A DNA stretch of 64,000 nt from positions 64,001 through 128,000 of the forward strand of contig JAZDDX010000017.1 in the NCBI GenBank assembly GCA_043809315.1. Reading direction: 5' to 3'. A program made the position numbers and the translations under genes. The notes beneath the pieces are model-generated. The model did no database searches. It saw only the letters and a list, made by a program, of their open reading frames with translations, and had not been told where the DNA came from. Of the stretch, positions 31,735 to 41,096 are shown in pieces; within the stretch, counting starts at the first letter, position 1, and each line of letters begins with the position of its first letter. The stretch is from Pseudomonadota bacterium. GTDB lineage: Bacteria > Bdellovibrionota_G > JALEGL01 > DATDPG01.

Positions 31735-32477
31735 AAAACCTTGCTCTCGTGGCTCGCCTGCGCTTGTAAGAATTCTCTCACGAACGGGTGCCCCGAACGA
31801 TGAAATTGTTCGGGGGTTGAATACTCAACGATCTTCCCTCTGTAAAGCATGCCGACCTTGTGCGCCACGCGGTAGCTCAAGGCGAGGTCGTGGCTGATGA
31901 GAACGATCGTCATCCCGTGACGTTTGTGGGTTTCAAGGATCAGTTCGACGATCTGATCGGTGATGATCGGATCGAGGCCGGTGGTCGGCTCGTCGAAGAG
32001 AAGAAACTTCGGGTCCAAGACCAGAGCACGGGCCAGCCCGGCCCGTTTTCTCATCCCTCCCGACAGCTCGCTCGGGAGCTTTTGATCGACGTTCGTTAAG
32101 CCCACCTCCGAAAGACGCTCGTCCACGATCTCGGCGATCTGGCGGTCGGACAACGTGGTGTGTTCGTAGAGCGGGAAGCTCACGTTGGAGTAGATATCCA
32201 TGTCGTCGAAGAGGGCCGCGTCCTGGAACAACATTCCGAACTTCCGGCGGACTAAGTCGAGTTCGTCCGGCGGAAGGGTCGTGATCTCCTGCCCGTCGAC
32301 GTAGATCTCCCCCTGGTCCGGTTTCAGGATTCCGATCAGGAGTTTCAAGAGGACCGATTTTCCCACGCCGCTCGGCCCCATGATCGAGGCGATCTTCCCG
32401 GCCTCGACGGAGAGATTGAGGCCGTCCAGCACCTTCTGGGAGCCGAACGATTTGTGGAGGTTTCGGATATCGATCAT
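31731..32477 (-). CDS. mlaF: MlaF-type ABC ATPase
   Basis: GPSGVGKS, LFQDAALFD, LSGGMRKR, DEPTTGLDP. Confidence 0.93.
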   Translation of the reverse strand: MIDIRNLHKSFGSQKVLDGLNLSVEAGKIASIMGPSGVGKSVLLKLLIGILKPDQGEIYVDGQEITTLPPDELDLVRRKFGMLFQDAALFDDMDIYSNVSFPLYEHTTLSDRQIAEIVDERLSEVGLTNVDQKLPSELSGGMRKRAGLARALVLDPKFLLFDEPTTGLDPIITDQIVELILETHKRHGMTIVLISHDLALSYRVAHKVGMLYRGKIVEYSTPEQFHRSGHPFVREFLQAQASHESKVL

Positions 32478-32484
32478 CGGTTCG

Positions 32485-33294
32485 TCAGAAGAGAAGCGCG
32501 GTTAGGAAATAGTCCGACACGAGAATCGCCACGGAAGAGATCACGACCGCCTGGGTCGTGACGAGGCCGACCCCCGCGGCCCCTCCTTTGGCGTTGTATC
32601 CTTTGTAGCAGGAGACGAGCGACAGAATGATCGCGAAGACGACCGACTTGAACAGCCCCTGCACGATGTCCTGGATCTCGACGTAATAGCGGATCTTCGC
32701 GACGAAGATCGCGGCGTCGATCTCGAGGATCTTGACCGAGACAACGTACGCGCCGAGGGCCCCGACGAAATCGAAGACGGCGGTCAGAATCGGAACGACC
32801 AGGATCGACGCGAGGACGCGGGGAACGATGAGGTAGTTGACCGGATTGACCGCCATCGCGGAAAGGGCGTCGATCTGCTGCGTGACCTGCATCGTTCCGA
32901 GTTGTGCCGCCATGGCCGAGCCGGCCCGCGCCGTGACCATGATCGACGTGAGCACGGGGGCCAGCTCCCGCGCGATGGAGAGGCAGGCGACCGCCCCGGT
33001 CAGTGTCTGCGCCCCGAAAAGCGCGAAGGCCCGGCCGCTCTGGAGGGCGAAGACCATTCCGGTGAACGCCCCGGTCAGGACGACGATGAACAAGGAGCTC
33101 ACGCCGATGAATTGCATTTGCTGAACCGTGGCTTTCCAGCGGATCGGCGGGTGGAAAGTTTGGACCACGACTTCCCGCAGGAGGAGGAGGACCCGGCCGG
33201 TCTCGCGGATCGCGACGAGAAACATGTAGACGACCGACAGGATGAACCGACCCAGGTTGCCGATCGGCTTTTCGGTGAACTCCGTGATTTTCAT
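32485..33294 (-). CDS. mlaE: MlaE-type ABC permease
   Basis: RELAPVLT, RAGSAMAAQLGTM, VPRV, GGAAGVG...AVV. Confidence 0.93.
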   Translation of the reverse strand: MKITEFTEKPIGNLGRFILSVVYMFLVAIRETGRVLLLLREVVVQTFHPPIRWKATVQQMQFIGVSSLFIVVLTGAFTGMVFALQSGRAFALFGAQTLTGAVACLSIARELAPVLTSIMVTARAGSAMAAQLGTMQVTQQIDALSAMAVNPVNYLIVPRVLASILVVPILTAVFDFVGALGAYVVSVKILEIDAAIFVAKIRYYVEIQDIVQGLFKSVVFAIILSLVSCYKGYNAKGGAAGVGLVTTQAVVISSVAILVSDYFLTALLF

Positions 33295-33304
33295 CCGGTG
33301 CCCC

Positions 33305-34432
33305 TCAAACCGCTTCCCGGCCGACGCGTGCACTGATCCCGGTCAGGACCTGATACGCCAGACTTCCTTCCGCGGAGGCCAACTCCGCCGCCGTAGGTTC
33401 CCCCTGGGAGCCGTCCCCCATGAGGACGATATCATCCCCTCTTCGGGGATCGGCGAGATCCGAAAGATCGACCATGAGGAGATCCATGCAAACCGAGCCG
33501 ACGATCTTACGCCTTTTTCCCCGATACCCAACTCCGGCCGAAACGAAACCGCGTCGGTACCCGTCCCCGTATCCGACGGCGACCGTCCCGATCGTCATGT
33601 CCTGCGGAGCGCAGAAGACCGAGCCGTACCCGACGCGGTCCCCTTTGCGGATCTTCTTGATCTGGATGATCGGGGCCCTCCACTCCAGAACCGGCCGGAA
33701 CTCCCCCGCGGGGAGAATCTGCCCGGGAGCGTACCCGTAGAGGAGCAGGCCGGGGCGGACCCAATCGAGACGTGAGGCGGGGAGGTTCAAAACGCCGCCG
33801 CTGTTCGCCACGTGACGGATCAGCCGGTGCCCCAGGATCTCCTCGAACAACGTGGCGGCTCGTTCGAGTTCACTCTGCTGGTGTTCGGAAAAGGAAAGGT
33901 CGGCGGCTTCGGATTCGGAGAAATGCGAAAAAATCCCTTCGACCCGGATCTCCGGAAGCGAGCGAAGACGGAGCGCGACATCGCGCCAATCGTCCGGTTC
34001 GATCCCGAGACGGTGCATCCCGGTTTCGATCTCGAGATGGATGCGTGCCGGAACCGAAAGCCGCCGGATGGCGGGAATGACCTCGGGAATCTCCTCTTTC
34101 GAGTGGAGGACGAAGGTGACGTCGACCCCCCCCGCCCGAATGACCGTTTCGGCCGAGAACTCCCCGAAACAGAGAACCTCTTCCGCATATCCGCTGTAGC
34201 GGAGCGAAAGCGCCTCCCCCACTTCGGCGACTCCCATTCCGACGGCGCCAAGGCGCGCACACTCTCTCGCGATCGTCAGCGTGCCGTGGCCATACCCGTT
34301 CGCTTTGACGACCGGCAGGATCCGCGACCCTTTCGGAATCCGCGCCACGATCGCATCCCAATTCTGTTTGAGGGCGCTCAAGTGAATGAGCGTGTGCGTG
34401 TCGCGGTGGTGCGCGCTGCGAAACACGGTCAT
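33305..34432 (-). CDS. alr: Alanine racemase
   Basis: VVKANGYGHG (PLP Lys), TGMHRLG, SHF, ANSGG, VRPGLLLYG, GYGDG, VCMD. Confidence 0.95.
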   Translation of the reverse strand: MTVFRSAHHRDTHTLIHLSALKQNWDAIVARIPKGSRILPVVKANGYGHGTLTIARECARLGAVGMGVAEVGEALSLRYSGYAEEVLCFGEFSAETVIRAGGVDVTFVLHSKEEIPEVIPAIRRLSVPARIHLEIETGMHRLGIEPDDWRDVALRLRSLPEIRVEGIFSHFSESEAADLSFSEHQQSELERAATLFEEILGHRLIRHVANSGGVLNLPASRLDWVRPGLLLYGYAPGQILPAGEFRPVLEWRAPIIQIKKIRKGDRVGYGSVFCAPQDMTIGTVAVGYGDGYRRGFVSAGVGYRGKRRKIVGSVCMDLLMVDLSDLADPRRGDDIVLMGDGSQGEPTAAELASAEGSLAYQVLTGISARVGREAV

Positions 34433-36855
34433 GGGATTTTCCCGATGATCTCTTGGATCTCCGCGATGCTCTGGAACCGCTTCTCCGGCTCTTTCTGCAT
34501 GCAACGGAGGATGATCTCGGAAAACACCTCCGGGACCTGGGAATCCCGGGCTCGCGGATCGGGAGCGGGGGTGTGGAGATGGTGGTAGCCGAGATCCCCG
34601 CCGATGAAGGGGAGTTCCCCCAACAGCATTTCGTAGATGCAGATGCCGAGGGAGTAGATGTCGGTCCGGTGATCGATCGGCTTGCCGAGCGTCTGTTCCG
34701 GCGACATGAACGACGGGGTGCCGCCGATGATCGACTGCTCGCTCATCAACTCGGTGATCATCTTGGCGAGCCCGAAATCCATGATCTTCACGCTCTTCTG
34801 CTGCGTCCACATGATGTTGTTCGTCGTCAGATCCCGGTGAACCACGTTCTTGGAATGGGCGTACGCGAGAGCCGAGAGGAGCTGCCGAAGAACCTCGAGA
34901 ACGCTCGGGAGGGTGAGCCGTTTCTTGATGCGCAGGATCTCCTTGATCGTCCGTCCGTCGATGAATTCCATTGCGATGTAGTACTGTCCGGCCTGCATTC
35001 CGGCGTCGTGCACGATGACGATGTTCGGGTGATTCAGCGCCGCCGCCGCCTTCCCCTCCCGCAGGAACGTCGCGACCGCGCGTTCGTTCGTCTTCAGCGA
35101 TTCCGGCAAGATCTTCAACGCCACGATCCGGTCGAGCGTCATGTCGCGTGCCGTGTAGACGATCCCCATCCCGCCGCGGCCGATCTCCTTCACCGGCACG
35201 TAGCGGGTCGCCTTGACGGAGGTCGATCCGGCCGATTCCGCTCGTGGGAACGCTGCAGTCCCGTCGGTGTCCGCTCCGGGGGAGGAGATCATCCGCGAAT
35301 GAAGAGCGATCTTTTCCGTGAGCATTCGCCGGAGGTTCTCCGCTTTTCCGCGCGCTTCGTGCTCGATCCGATCCTGAACGAGTGCACGCTCCAGGACATC
35401 GAGCGCTTTCGACTCGGTCTGGGTCTGTTCCGAGACGACCGCAAGGTTGTAAACAGCGTCGACATCTTCGCTGGTCAATCTCTCCACCATGCTGACCGCC
35501 CGGTCGAGGTACTCTTTCGCCTTCACCGGGTCGCTCTTCAAAAGGAACTTCCCTTTCATCGAGAGAGCCTTGCGGAACTCCGGATCGTTCTCCCGCACTT
35601 TTTCCAGCCACTGCAGAGCGGTTTTCGAATCCCCCTGCCGTCCGAGGCACTCCGCGAGCGAGACGAAATCGCCGAGCTTCTCGAGAATCGCCGCCTCCCG
35701 CTCCGGCAGATTGGCTTTCCGGTAACAGGCGACCGCTTCGCGATAATCCCGGTCCTTTTCAAACGCGTTTCCCGCTTCTTCGAGCTGGCCAGCATCCCGG
35801 TACAGAGAGGCCGCGGAATGGAAATCCTCCCCCCGTTCGTACATCTGGGCCGCCTTGATCGGTTCGTGAAGCTCCAGATAAAGGTCGGCTGCCCGGGAAA
35901 ACTCCTCCGCTTCCTGGAACTTGGCGATGGCGCCCTGCGATTCTCCCGCGACTACGAGCCGCTCTCCTTCGAGGCGTGCGGCGGTTCTCGGATCCCCCGA
36001 TTTCTCCCAATACTTGGCCGCCTGACTCAGATCCCCCCCTGCTTGGGCCAACTCCCCCGCCTTCTTGAACTCCCCCGCACCCGCATAGCAGCGGGCCGCA
36101 TCGGCAGGTCTCGAAAGTTCGGCGAAGAGAGCGGCGGCGCGTTTGAACTCCTTCACGCGTTCCATGTGGTTGGCGGCCTCGATCCCGATCTCCGCCGCCT
36201 CCGGCGATACGACCTCGCTCGCGATCCCGTCGAATCGGGCTTTCACATGATCGAACGCCTTCCCGTAGGCGTCACACGATTCCCGGACTTTCTCCATTTT
36301 GACGAAGACCCGGGCCGCTTCGAGATATCTCTGAGATCTCAGGAAAGCCCTGGCCGCGAGCGGCAGCTCCCCGCGCGACAGATAAAGGTCTCCGGCCGCG
36401 TCGAGCTTCCCCATCTTTTCAAGACTTGCCTCGGCCCGGTCGTATTGTTTCCGTTCGATATAGAGCGAGGCGGCTTTCTCGAAATCGCCGGCCCGTTCGT
36501 ACATGAGAGCCGCCTGATCGCTCTTTTTCTGTTTGAGGTAGACGTCGGCAGCGCGTCCGAACAGGTTCCCTTCTTGAAAGATGCGGCTTGCGTGATCCAG
36601 CTCCCCGGCCTCGAGGAGAAGCTCTCCGGCCTGGGCGTACTCGCCATCCCGTATGAGATCCTGGACTTGTCGACGGGCGTAGATCGTTCCGAGGATCGGA
36701 ATCATTTTCCGGAGGCCGAAGGCGAACCGGCTCATCACAAACCGGTACGTGGCGTAGCCAAGTGCCGCCAGAACCAGAAAACGGACGGTCCGGTCCAGCG
36801 CGGGATTTGCCGCCAAGTAGTCGAACCCACGCTTCAAAAATTCAGGAGCGGCCAT
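34429..36855 (-). CDS. Membrane-anchored TPR/SNAP-like repeat protein with C-terminal Hanks-type protein kinase
   Basis: N-terminal TM, many AAxxY/FExAG repeats, and kinase motifs IGRGGMGIVY, VALK, HRDLTTNN, DFG, GTPSFMSPEQ, DIYSLG. The start codon is uncertain. Confidence 0.88.
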   Translation of the reverse strand: MAAPEFLKRGFDYLAANPALDRTVRFLVLAALGYATYRFVMSRFAFGLRKMIPILGTIYARRQVQDLIRDGEYAQAGELLLEAGELDHASRIFQEGNLFGRAADVYLKQKKSDQAALMYERAGDFEKAASLYIERKQYDRAEASLEKMGKLDAAGDLYLSRGELPLAARAFLRSQRYLEAARVFVKMEKVRESCDAYGKAFDHVKARFDGIASEVVSPEAAEIGIEAANHMERVKEFKRAAALFAELSRPADAARCYAGAGEFKKAGELAQAGGDLSQAAKYWEKSGDPRTAARLEGERLVVAGESQGAIAKFQEAEEFSRAADLYLELHEPIKAAQMYERGEDFHSAASLYRDAGQLEEAGNAFEKDRDYREAVACYRKANLPEREAAILEKLGDFVSLAECLGRQGDSKTALQWLEKVRENDPEFRKALSMKGKFLLKSDPVKAKEYLDRAVSMVERLTSEDVDAVYNLAVVSEQTQTESKALDVLERALVQDRIEHEARGKAENLRRMLTEKIALHSRMISSPGADTDGTAAFPRAESAGSTSVKATRYVPVKEIGRGGMGIVYTARDMTLDRIVALKILPESLKTNERAVATFLREGKAAAALNHPNIVIVHDAGMQAGQYYIAMEFIDGRTIKEILRIKKRLTLPSVLEVLRQLLSALAYAHSKNVVHRDLTTNNIMWTQQKSVKIMDFGLAKMITELMSEQSIIGGTPSFMSPEQTLGKPIDHRTDIYSLGICIYEMLLGELPFIGGDLGYHHLHTPAPDPRARDSQVPEVFSEIILRCMQKEPEKRFQSIAEIQEIIGKIP

Positions 36856-36943
36856 GATGGTGAACGGAACGACGCTAACCGGCGGCGCCGTTCTTGACAA
36901 GTCAGGATGCGACCCGTAAAGCCCCGAAGCGGAAGGAGTTCCC

Positions 36944-37369
36944 ATGGCCGGCAGCGTAAATAAAGTCATTTTGATCGGGCATCTCGGGGCCGATCCCGAA
37001 ATCCGCTACACCCAGGGGGGATCGCCGGTGGCGAACTTGCGTCTGGCGACCAACGAGAGCTGGACGAACAAGAACGGCCAGAAAGAGGAACGGACCGAGT
37101 GGCACCGCGTCGTGGTCTGGTCCAAGCTGGCCGAGCTCGCCGGGCAGTATCTCACGAAGGGGCGCCAGGTCTACGTGGAAGGACGTTTGCAGACCCGTAG
37201 CTGGGACGACAAGGACGGGACCAAGCGGTACTCGACCGAGGTTGTTGCGACGAACCTCCAATTTTTGGGGGGCCCGGGGGATCGAAAGACCGAGTCAGCG
37301 AACCTTCCGCCCGACCTGCCTCCACCGCCCGAGAACCTCGGCGGGTCCGACGAGGACATCCCGTTCTAG
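36944..37369 (+). CDS. ssb: Single-stranded DNA-binding protein
   Basis: [27 protein letters not shown]-terminal DEDIPF. Confidence 0.97.
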   Translation: MAGSVNKVILIGHLGADPEIRYTQGGSPVANLRLATNESWTNKNGQKEERTEWHRVVVWSKLAELAGQYLTKGRQVYVEGRLQTRSWDDKDGTKRYSTEVVATNLQFLGGPGDRKTESANLPPDLPPPPENLGGSDEDIPF

Positions 37370-37370
37370 A

Positions 37371-37775
37371 TCAGTTGCGTCGGGCCGGAAGGTCGCGCGT
37401 CTCTATGAGAAACCAGTCTTTCTTTGCCGAATCCCACTGCCAGAGCTGCATCTCCTGGCGGTAGGAAAGGCTCTGGTCGCTGATCCCGTAATAGCTGAAC
37501 TCGACGAGCACGGACCCCTTTCTTTTCTCGGGGTCGATCGCGATGTCGGCGATCGAGAAGTCGAACACCCGCCTGCGGTCGATCTCCCGGCCCATCTTTT
37601 CCAGAAGCGTTTTCCGATTCTCGTCGGAGATGAAATGTCCCGCTGCGGCCAGGTTCCCCCACCGGACGGTTTTGTTGTAGCGGTCGGTCCGGTCGGTCAA
37701 CATTTCGATACGTCCGGGTCCGCAGCCGAGCGAGAGACAGAGGAGCAGGCCCCCGAGAGGAGTGAATAAACGCAT
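37371..37775 (-). CDS. Uncharacterised lipoprotein
   Basis: Lipobox LSLGC and a YNKTVRWGN segment; last gene of the 37.4-41.0 kb operon. Confidence 0.7.
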   Translation of the reverse strand: MRLFTPLGGLLLCLSLGCGPGRIEMLTDRTDRYNKTVRWGNLAAAGHFISDENRKTLLEKMGREIDRRRVFDFSIADIAIDPEKRKGSVLVEFSYYGISDQSLSYRQEMQLWQWDSAKKDWFLIETRDLPARRN

Positions 37776-37784
37776 GAACGGATA

Positions 37785-38489
37785 CTACCCCTTACAGGGG
37801 TTGAGGGAGGCGAAAAAGTTTTCGAACGAACTCTGGCGGGCGATGTTGTTCCGCTGATATCCCGGGGATTTCGCATTCCCGCAGTCCCCGCTGGGGCAGG
37901 GGCCGTACCTGCTTTCGTCCGTCGAAGGGGTCGAAGAATCTGCGTCTTTTCCCGCGCACGTTTCGACGGGTCCGACGATCGATTGAAGTTGGGAGCCGGT
38001 TAATCCGAGGCTCGGGGCGAAGAAGGAAAGGACGTCTTTCACGAAGAGGTTCAAAAACTCCATCGTGAAGAGCCCGCCGCCACCGGTGAAGAACTTGATG
38101 AGATCGACGCCGGCCTTGGTGATCGCTCCCGTGGGGGTCATCCGGGTGGTCGATGTGATCGCTGATTGGCGGTTGTTAGCATTCGAGCGGCGGATACGAT
38201 TCTTGGTTCCCTTGTTTTTGTCGGCGAGATCTTGATCAATTGCCTGTTTTCCTTTCTTCGTGTTCTGCACGGTCTCCCGTGCGCGGGTTCCGTGGTCGAC
38301 TCCCCGGTTGACCTCTTTCTTGTCGTAGGTCAGATCCTGCCCCGGCTTCGTGAAGGCGGCGAACGCCGGAGGGCTTACGAAGATCGATACGGCAAGCAGG
38401 AGAGCAAACGTCATCCCCCCCAAAGAGAGCAACATGTATGCCAAGCTTTCCGGAAGCCTCAGGGATAACCCGTGATCATCCTTGAACAT
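37785..38489 (-). CDS. Uncharacterised exported/membrane protein with Cys-containing C-terminus
   Basis: ATG 38489 after GGAGG, hydrophobic N-terminus ending PAFA, four Cys near the C-terminus. Confidence 0.65.
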   Translation of the reverse strand: MFKDDHGLSLRLPESLAYMLLSLGGMTFALLLAVSIFVSPPAFAAFTKPGQDLTYDKKEVNRGVDHGTRARETVQNTKKGKQAIDQDLADKNKGTKNRIRRSNANNRQSAITSTTRMTPTGAITKAGVDLIKFFTGGGGLFTMEFLNLFVKDVLSFFAPSLGLTGSQLQSIVGPVETCAGKDADSSTPSTDESRYGPCPSGDCGNAKSPGYQRNNIARQSSFENFFASLNPCKG

Positions 38490-39801
38490 TTTTGTCCCCC
38501 CCTCCGGGTCGGTTCCCGGCCTTTGGGTCCGGTTGAGCCGTTTCTCGGCATTCCGTGAGGAGTTGTCGCGCATCGGCGAAGGCCGGGTTGATCTCGAGGG
38601 TTCGTTCAAAGGCGGTTGCGGCGGCCGCGAACTCCCGACTTTCGAAAAGCGCTCGCCCCCGCTCGAAGTGAACGTCGGCGTAAGAAGGGTGCTGTTCCGC
38701 TGCGATCGTCAGTTCGCGAGCGGCGGCCACCGGCTCTCCGGCATCCATCAGAAGCCTTCCGAGATCGAGACGCGCCTCGGTATAGTTCCCGTTCAGGCGA
38801 AGAGCTTCCTCCAGGCTCTTCCGCGCTTCGCTCGGCCTCTCCGTCGCTTTCTGGAGTTGCGCGAGTTGGTAGTGCAGATCCGGATATCCTGGATTCTCCT
38901 TCACCAGCTTTTCCAGATCGCGGGTCGCCTGTTCCAGGCTTCCGGTCCGGATGAGGGCGCTGACGGCATCCCGATCGTCGGGACGGATCTCCGTTGCCCC
39001 GATCGACTCGGTGCTTCCGCGCTTCCCAAGTGAACGCACGAGGCCGATCCCGGTGCCGGCCAGGACGAGGAGGAACAGAGCGAAGCCGATCCAGACCCAA
39101 CCGGCGTCCCGCAGGTATCCGGACACGAACCGGATCACCCGGTCCCGTAACGGCAGGGCGGGGGAGGGGACACGTTCCAAGAGCACAGAGGCCGATGAAC
39201 GGGAAACTGCCGGCAGGTCGGGCCCGCTCCCCGGTTCGAACTTCGTGAGCTTGTACTCCGTCAGGTGTTCGCGAATCCAAATCGGCCCGATCCCTTCGGC
39301 CATCCAGATTTCACCAAGCGGGTCCTGTCCCCCCGGGGGCATGTAGGCGATCCGCCAGGCGTGATCAAATTTTCCAGCCGGGAGATCGACCGGATCGGTC
39401 CCCTCGACGAAGAAGTCGAGATCGGCGCCGCTCCAACGAACTCCTTCGCGGAGGGGCCAGGTGAAGAAGACGAGAGGATGTTCGCAGTCGACCTGCTGCG
39501 CGACCGGGTCGATGAGACCGCACTCGATCCACTGGGTTTCGGTCCGGATCACAAGGCGGTCGCGGCCGTCGGTGCGGCGGAGAACCGCGGCGGGGAGCAC
39601 GGTCGACCCGAGTTTGAGTTGGGTGAACCCCTCGACGAGCGCGATCCGCGTCGCTCCCGTCTCGGTGACGTAGGTCCAGCGCGTTCCTTTTTTCAGCGGG
39701 TAGGGAGTTTCGGATTTTGGTTCAGCGAGAGCCGGCGGAGACAGGACAAGAAGAGACAAAAGAATCGTCTGGAACCAAGCCGTCGCGGCCGGAACGGGCA
39801 C
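38476..39801 (-). CDS. Bitopic protein: exported beta-rich domain (PAGKF / WxAxGIG motifs), TM helix, TPR repeats
   Basis: Signal peptide, YPLKKGTRWTY...DLPAGKF...WMAEGIG, TM segment WVWIGFALFLLVLAG, and YPD/YAD-type TPRs. Confidence 0.7.
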   Translation of the reverse strand: MPVPAATAWFQTILLSLLVLSPPALAEPKSETPYPLKKGTRWTYVTETGATRIALVEGFTQLKLGSTVLPAAVLRRTDGRDRLVIRTETQWIECGLIDPVAQQVDCEHPLVFFTWPLREGVRWSGADLDFFVEGTDPVDLPAGKFDHAWRIAYMPPGGQDPLGEIWMAEGIGPIWIREHLTEYKLTKFEPGSGPDLPAVSRSSASVLLERVPSPALPLRDRVIRFVSGYLRDAGWVWIGFALFLLVLAGTGIGLVRSLGKRGSTESIGATEIRPDDRDAVSALIRTGSLEQATRDLEKLVKENPGYPDLHYQLAQLQKATERPSEARKSLEEALRLNGNYTEARLDLGRLLMDAGEPVAAARELTIAAEQHPSYADVHFERGRALFESREFAAAATAFERTLEINPAFADARQLLTECRETAQPDPKAGNRPGGGDKNVQG

Positions 39802-39813
39802 GGCAGGAGAGTA

Positions 39814-40983
39814 TCACGTGGTGGTGCCGATTTGAATCCAGAGAACGTTGTCGACGTCTTTGGGGAAGTCCGATTTCTGCTTGAAATTCTTCAGCTGATT
39901 ACCCTGTTTTGCAGACTGCGCTGCCTGCTTTTTCTTGGCTTTGTCCGCTTTTGAGCTCTTCGTTTCATCCGCTTTGGTCTCGTCGGTTTTTGTCTCGTCC
40001 GTCATCGTTTCTTCGGTGGAGACAGTCGTGCCCTCTGGAGTAAAGGAAACGCGCCCAACTTCCCCCTTGGACGGAACACCGACTTGGAGAACGTAACGGT
40101 GCTCGGTGTCGGTCACCCCTCCGTCAAAAGCGTAGAGGTTGAAATTGGCCGTGATGTACTTCGTGTCAGGGTCTGGCGTCATGTCTTCGAGTAAGTAGAT
40201 CCGTCCCCCCTGGATGTTGATGCCGTTGTTTCCACAGGGGGAGGAGGAATTATCTTTTGAACCGGTCTGCTCCTTGCTGCTGGAGCAAAGGTGGGTCCCT
40301 TGAACGATCTCGCGCGGATTCGCGTGATCGGAAACCTCGACGAGGACGGCTTCCTCGGGAGTGACCGTTTTTTTGTCCTTGGTGTTCGAGATGTTGGTCG
40401 AAGTGATCTGAAGGTCGTCTTCACCGGTGGCGAACCCGAACTCGTCCCGGTTCTTGACCTGGAACGTCACGCTCTTTCCCATGACCAGCGCCGAATCGGC
40501 ACCGTCGGCCGCCATGTCCTTCACGTCGAAGCAGTACCGCTCCCCCGGAATAAGGGGCGGGTCGTCGGAGGTTTCCGAGTACGGGATGAAGTAGACGTCG
40601 GTCTTTCTCTTTTGTGAGCCGTCTTTCGCTTTAGCGTAGTTGAAACTTTCGGTCAGATACCCGTTGATCCCGACGCGGGTCTCCTGCTTCTGGGTGCTGG
40701 CCGCCGAAGTTCCGCTTCCGGTCGGTGTCGCCGAACCGGCTGGAACCGGCGTATTCGCCTGCACGCAGTTCGAGAGTTGGAAGTTCCCCTTCTTCTCGAT
40801 CGTCTTCTTGGAGATCCAGTTGTCGCCGATGAAGACCGTGTGGATGATTACGTTTGGCGGAACGTCGTCGCGGTCGGCGATGTCCTGGATGTCGGCTTGA
40901 AACGGCTTCCGGCAACCGACAAAATTCAGGGTTGCGAGAAGGAGAATCGCCGAAAGAAGCTGTCTGGGCACAGACCGGGGCAT
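39814..40983 (-). CDS. Lipoprotein, possibly with Ig-like (Big_5-like) domains, and DETK repeats
   Basis: Lipobox FVGC, Ig-like signatures PLIPGERY and TPEEAVLVEVSDHANP, and a TDETKTDETKADETK repeat. Confidence 0.65.
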   Translation of the reverse strand: MPRSVPRQLLSAILLLATLNFVGCRKPFQADIQDIADRDDVPPNVIIHTVFIGDNWISKKTIEKKGNFQLSNCVQANTPVPAGSATPTGSGTSAASTQKQETRVGINGYLTESFNYAKAKDGSQKRKTDVYFIPYSETSDDPPLIPGERYCFDVKDMAADGADSALVMGKSVTFQVKNRDEFGFATGEDDLQITSTNISNTKDKKTVTPEEAVLVEVSDHANPREIVQGTHLCSSSKEQTGSKDNSSSPCGNNGINIQGGRIYLLEDMTPDPDTKYITANFNLYAFDGGVTDTEHRYVLQVGVPSKGEVGRVSFTPEGTTVSTEETMTDETKTDETKADETKSSKADKAKKKQAAQSAKQGNQLKNFKQKSDFPKDVDNVLWIQIGTTT

Positions 40984-40999
40984 CGTTCCTAAATAGGAT

Positions 41000-41016
41000 C
41001 GCAAGGTCCATGCCGG
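41000..41016 (-). promoter_or_regulatory. Sigma-54 -24/-12 promoter of the 37.4-41.0 kb operon
   Basis: Minus strand reads CCGGCATGGACCTTGCG (GG-N10-GC). An AT-rich tract at 41020-41050 lies just upstream. Confidence 0.6.
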
Positions 41017-41096
41017 ACCAAAATGTTATTATATTAGTATGTTGTATGCATGCTGGGGTGCTCAAAAGGGGACAGGATCGTCCCAGCTGTGCAAAA

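Noticed and set aside
33305-35650. Apparent 781-aa N-terminally extended alanine racemase
   Set aside because: The extension is an alternate frame of the kinase gene. The real start is the ATG at 34432, overlapping the kinase stop. The same applies to the extended recR, trxA, hemA, hemD and tadC ORFs.
14723-36897. Long antisense or alternate-frame ORFs (e.g. 14723-16474, 28754-30256, 34453-36897)
   Set aside because: They shadow well-supported genes on the other strand or frame. This is expected in high-GC DNA, and they carry no motifs.
38420-38489. MFKDDHG|LSLRLPE as a type IV/Flp prepilin cleavage site
   Set aside because: Glu is at +7 rather than +5, and Arg/Pro interrupt the hydrophobic stretch. 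Too weak to call a pilin.
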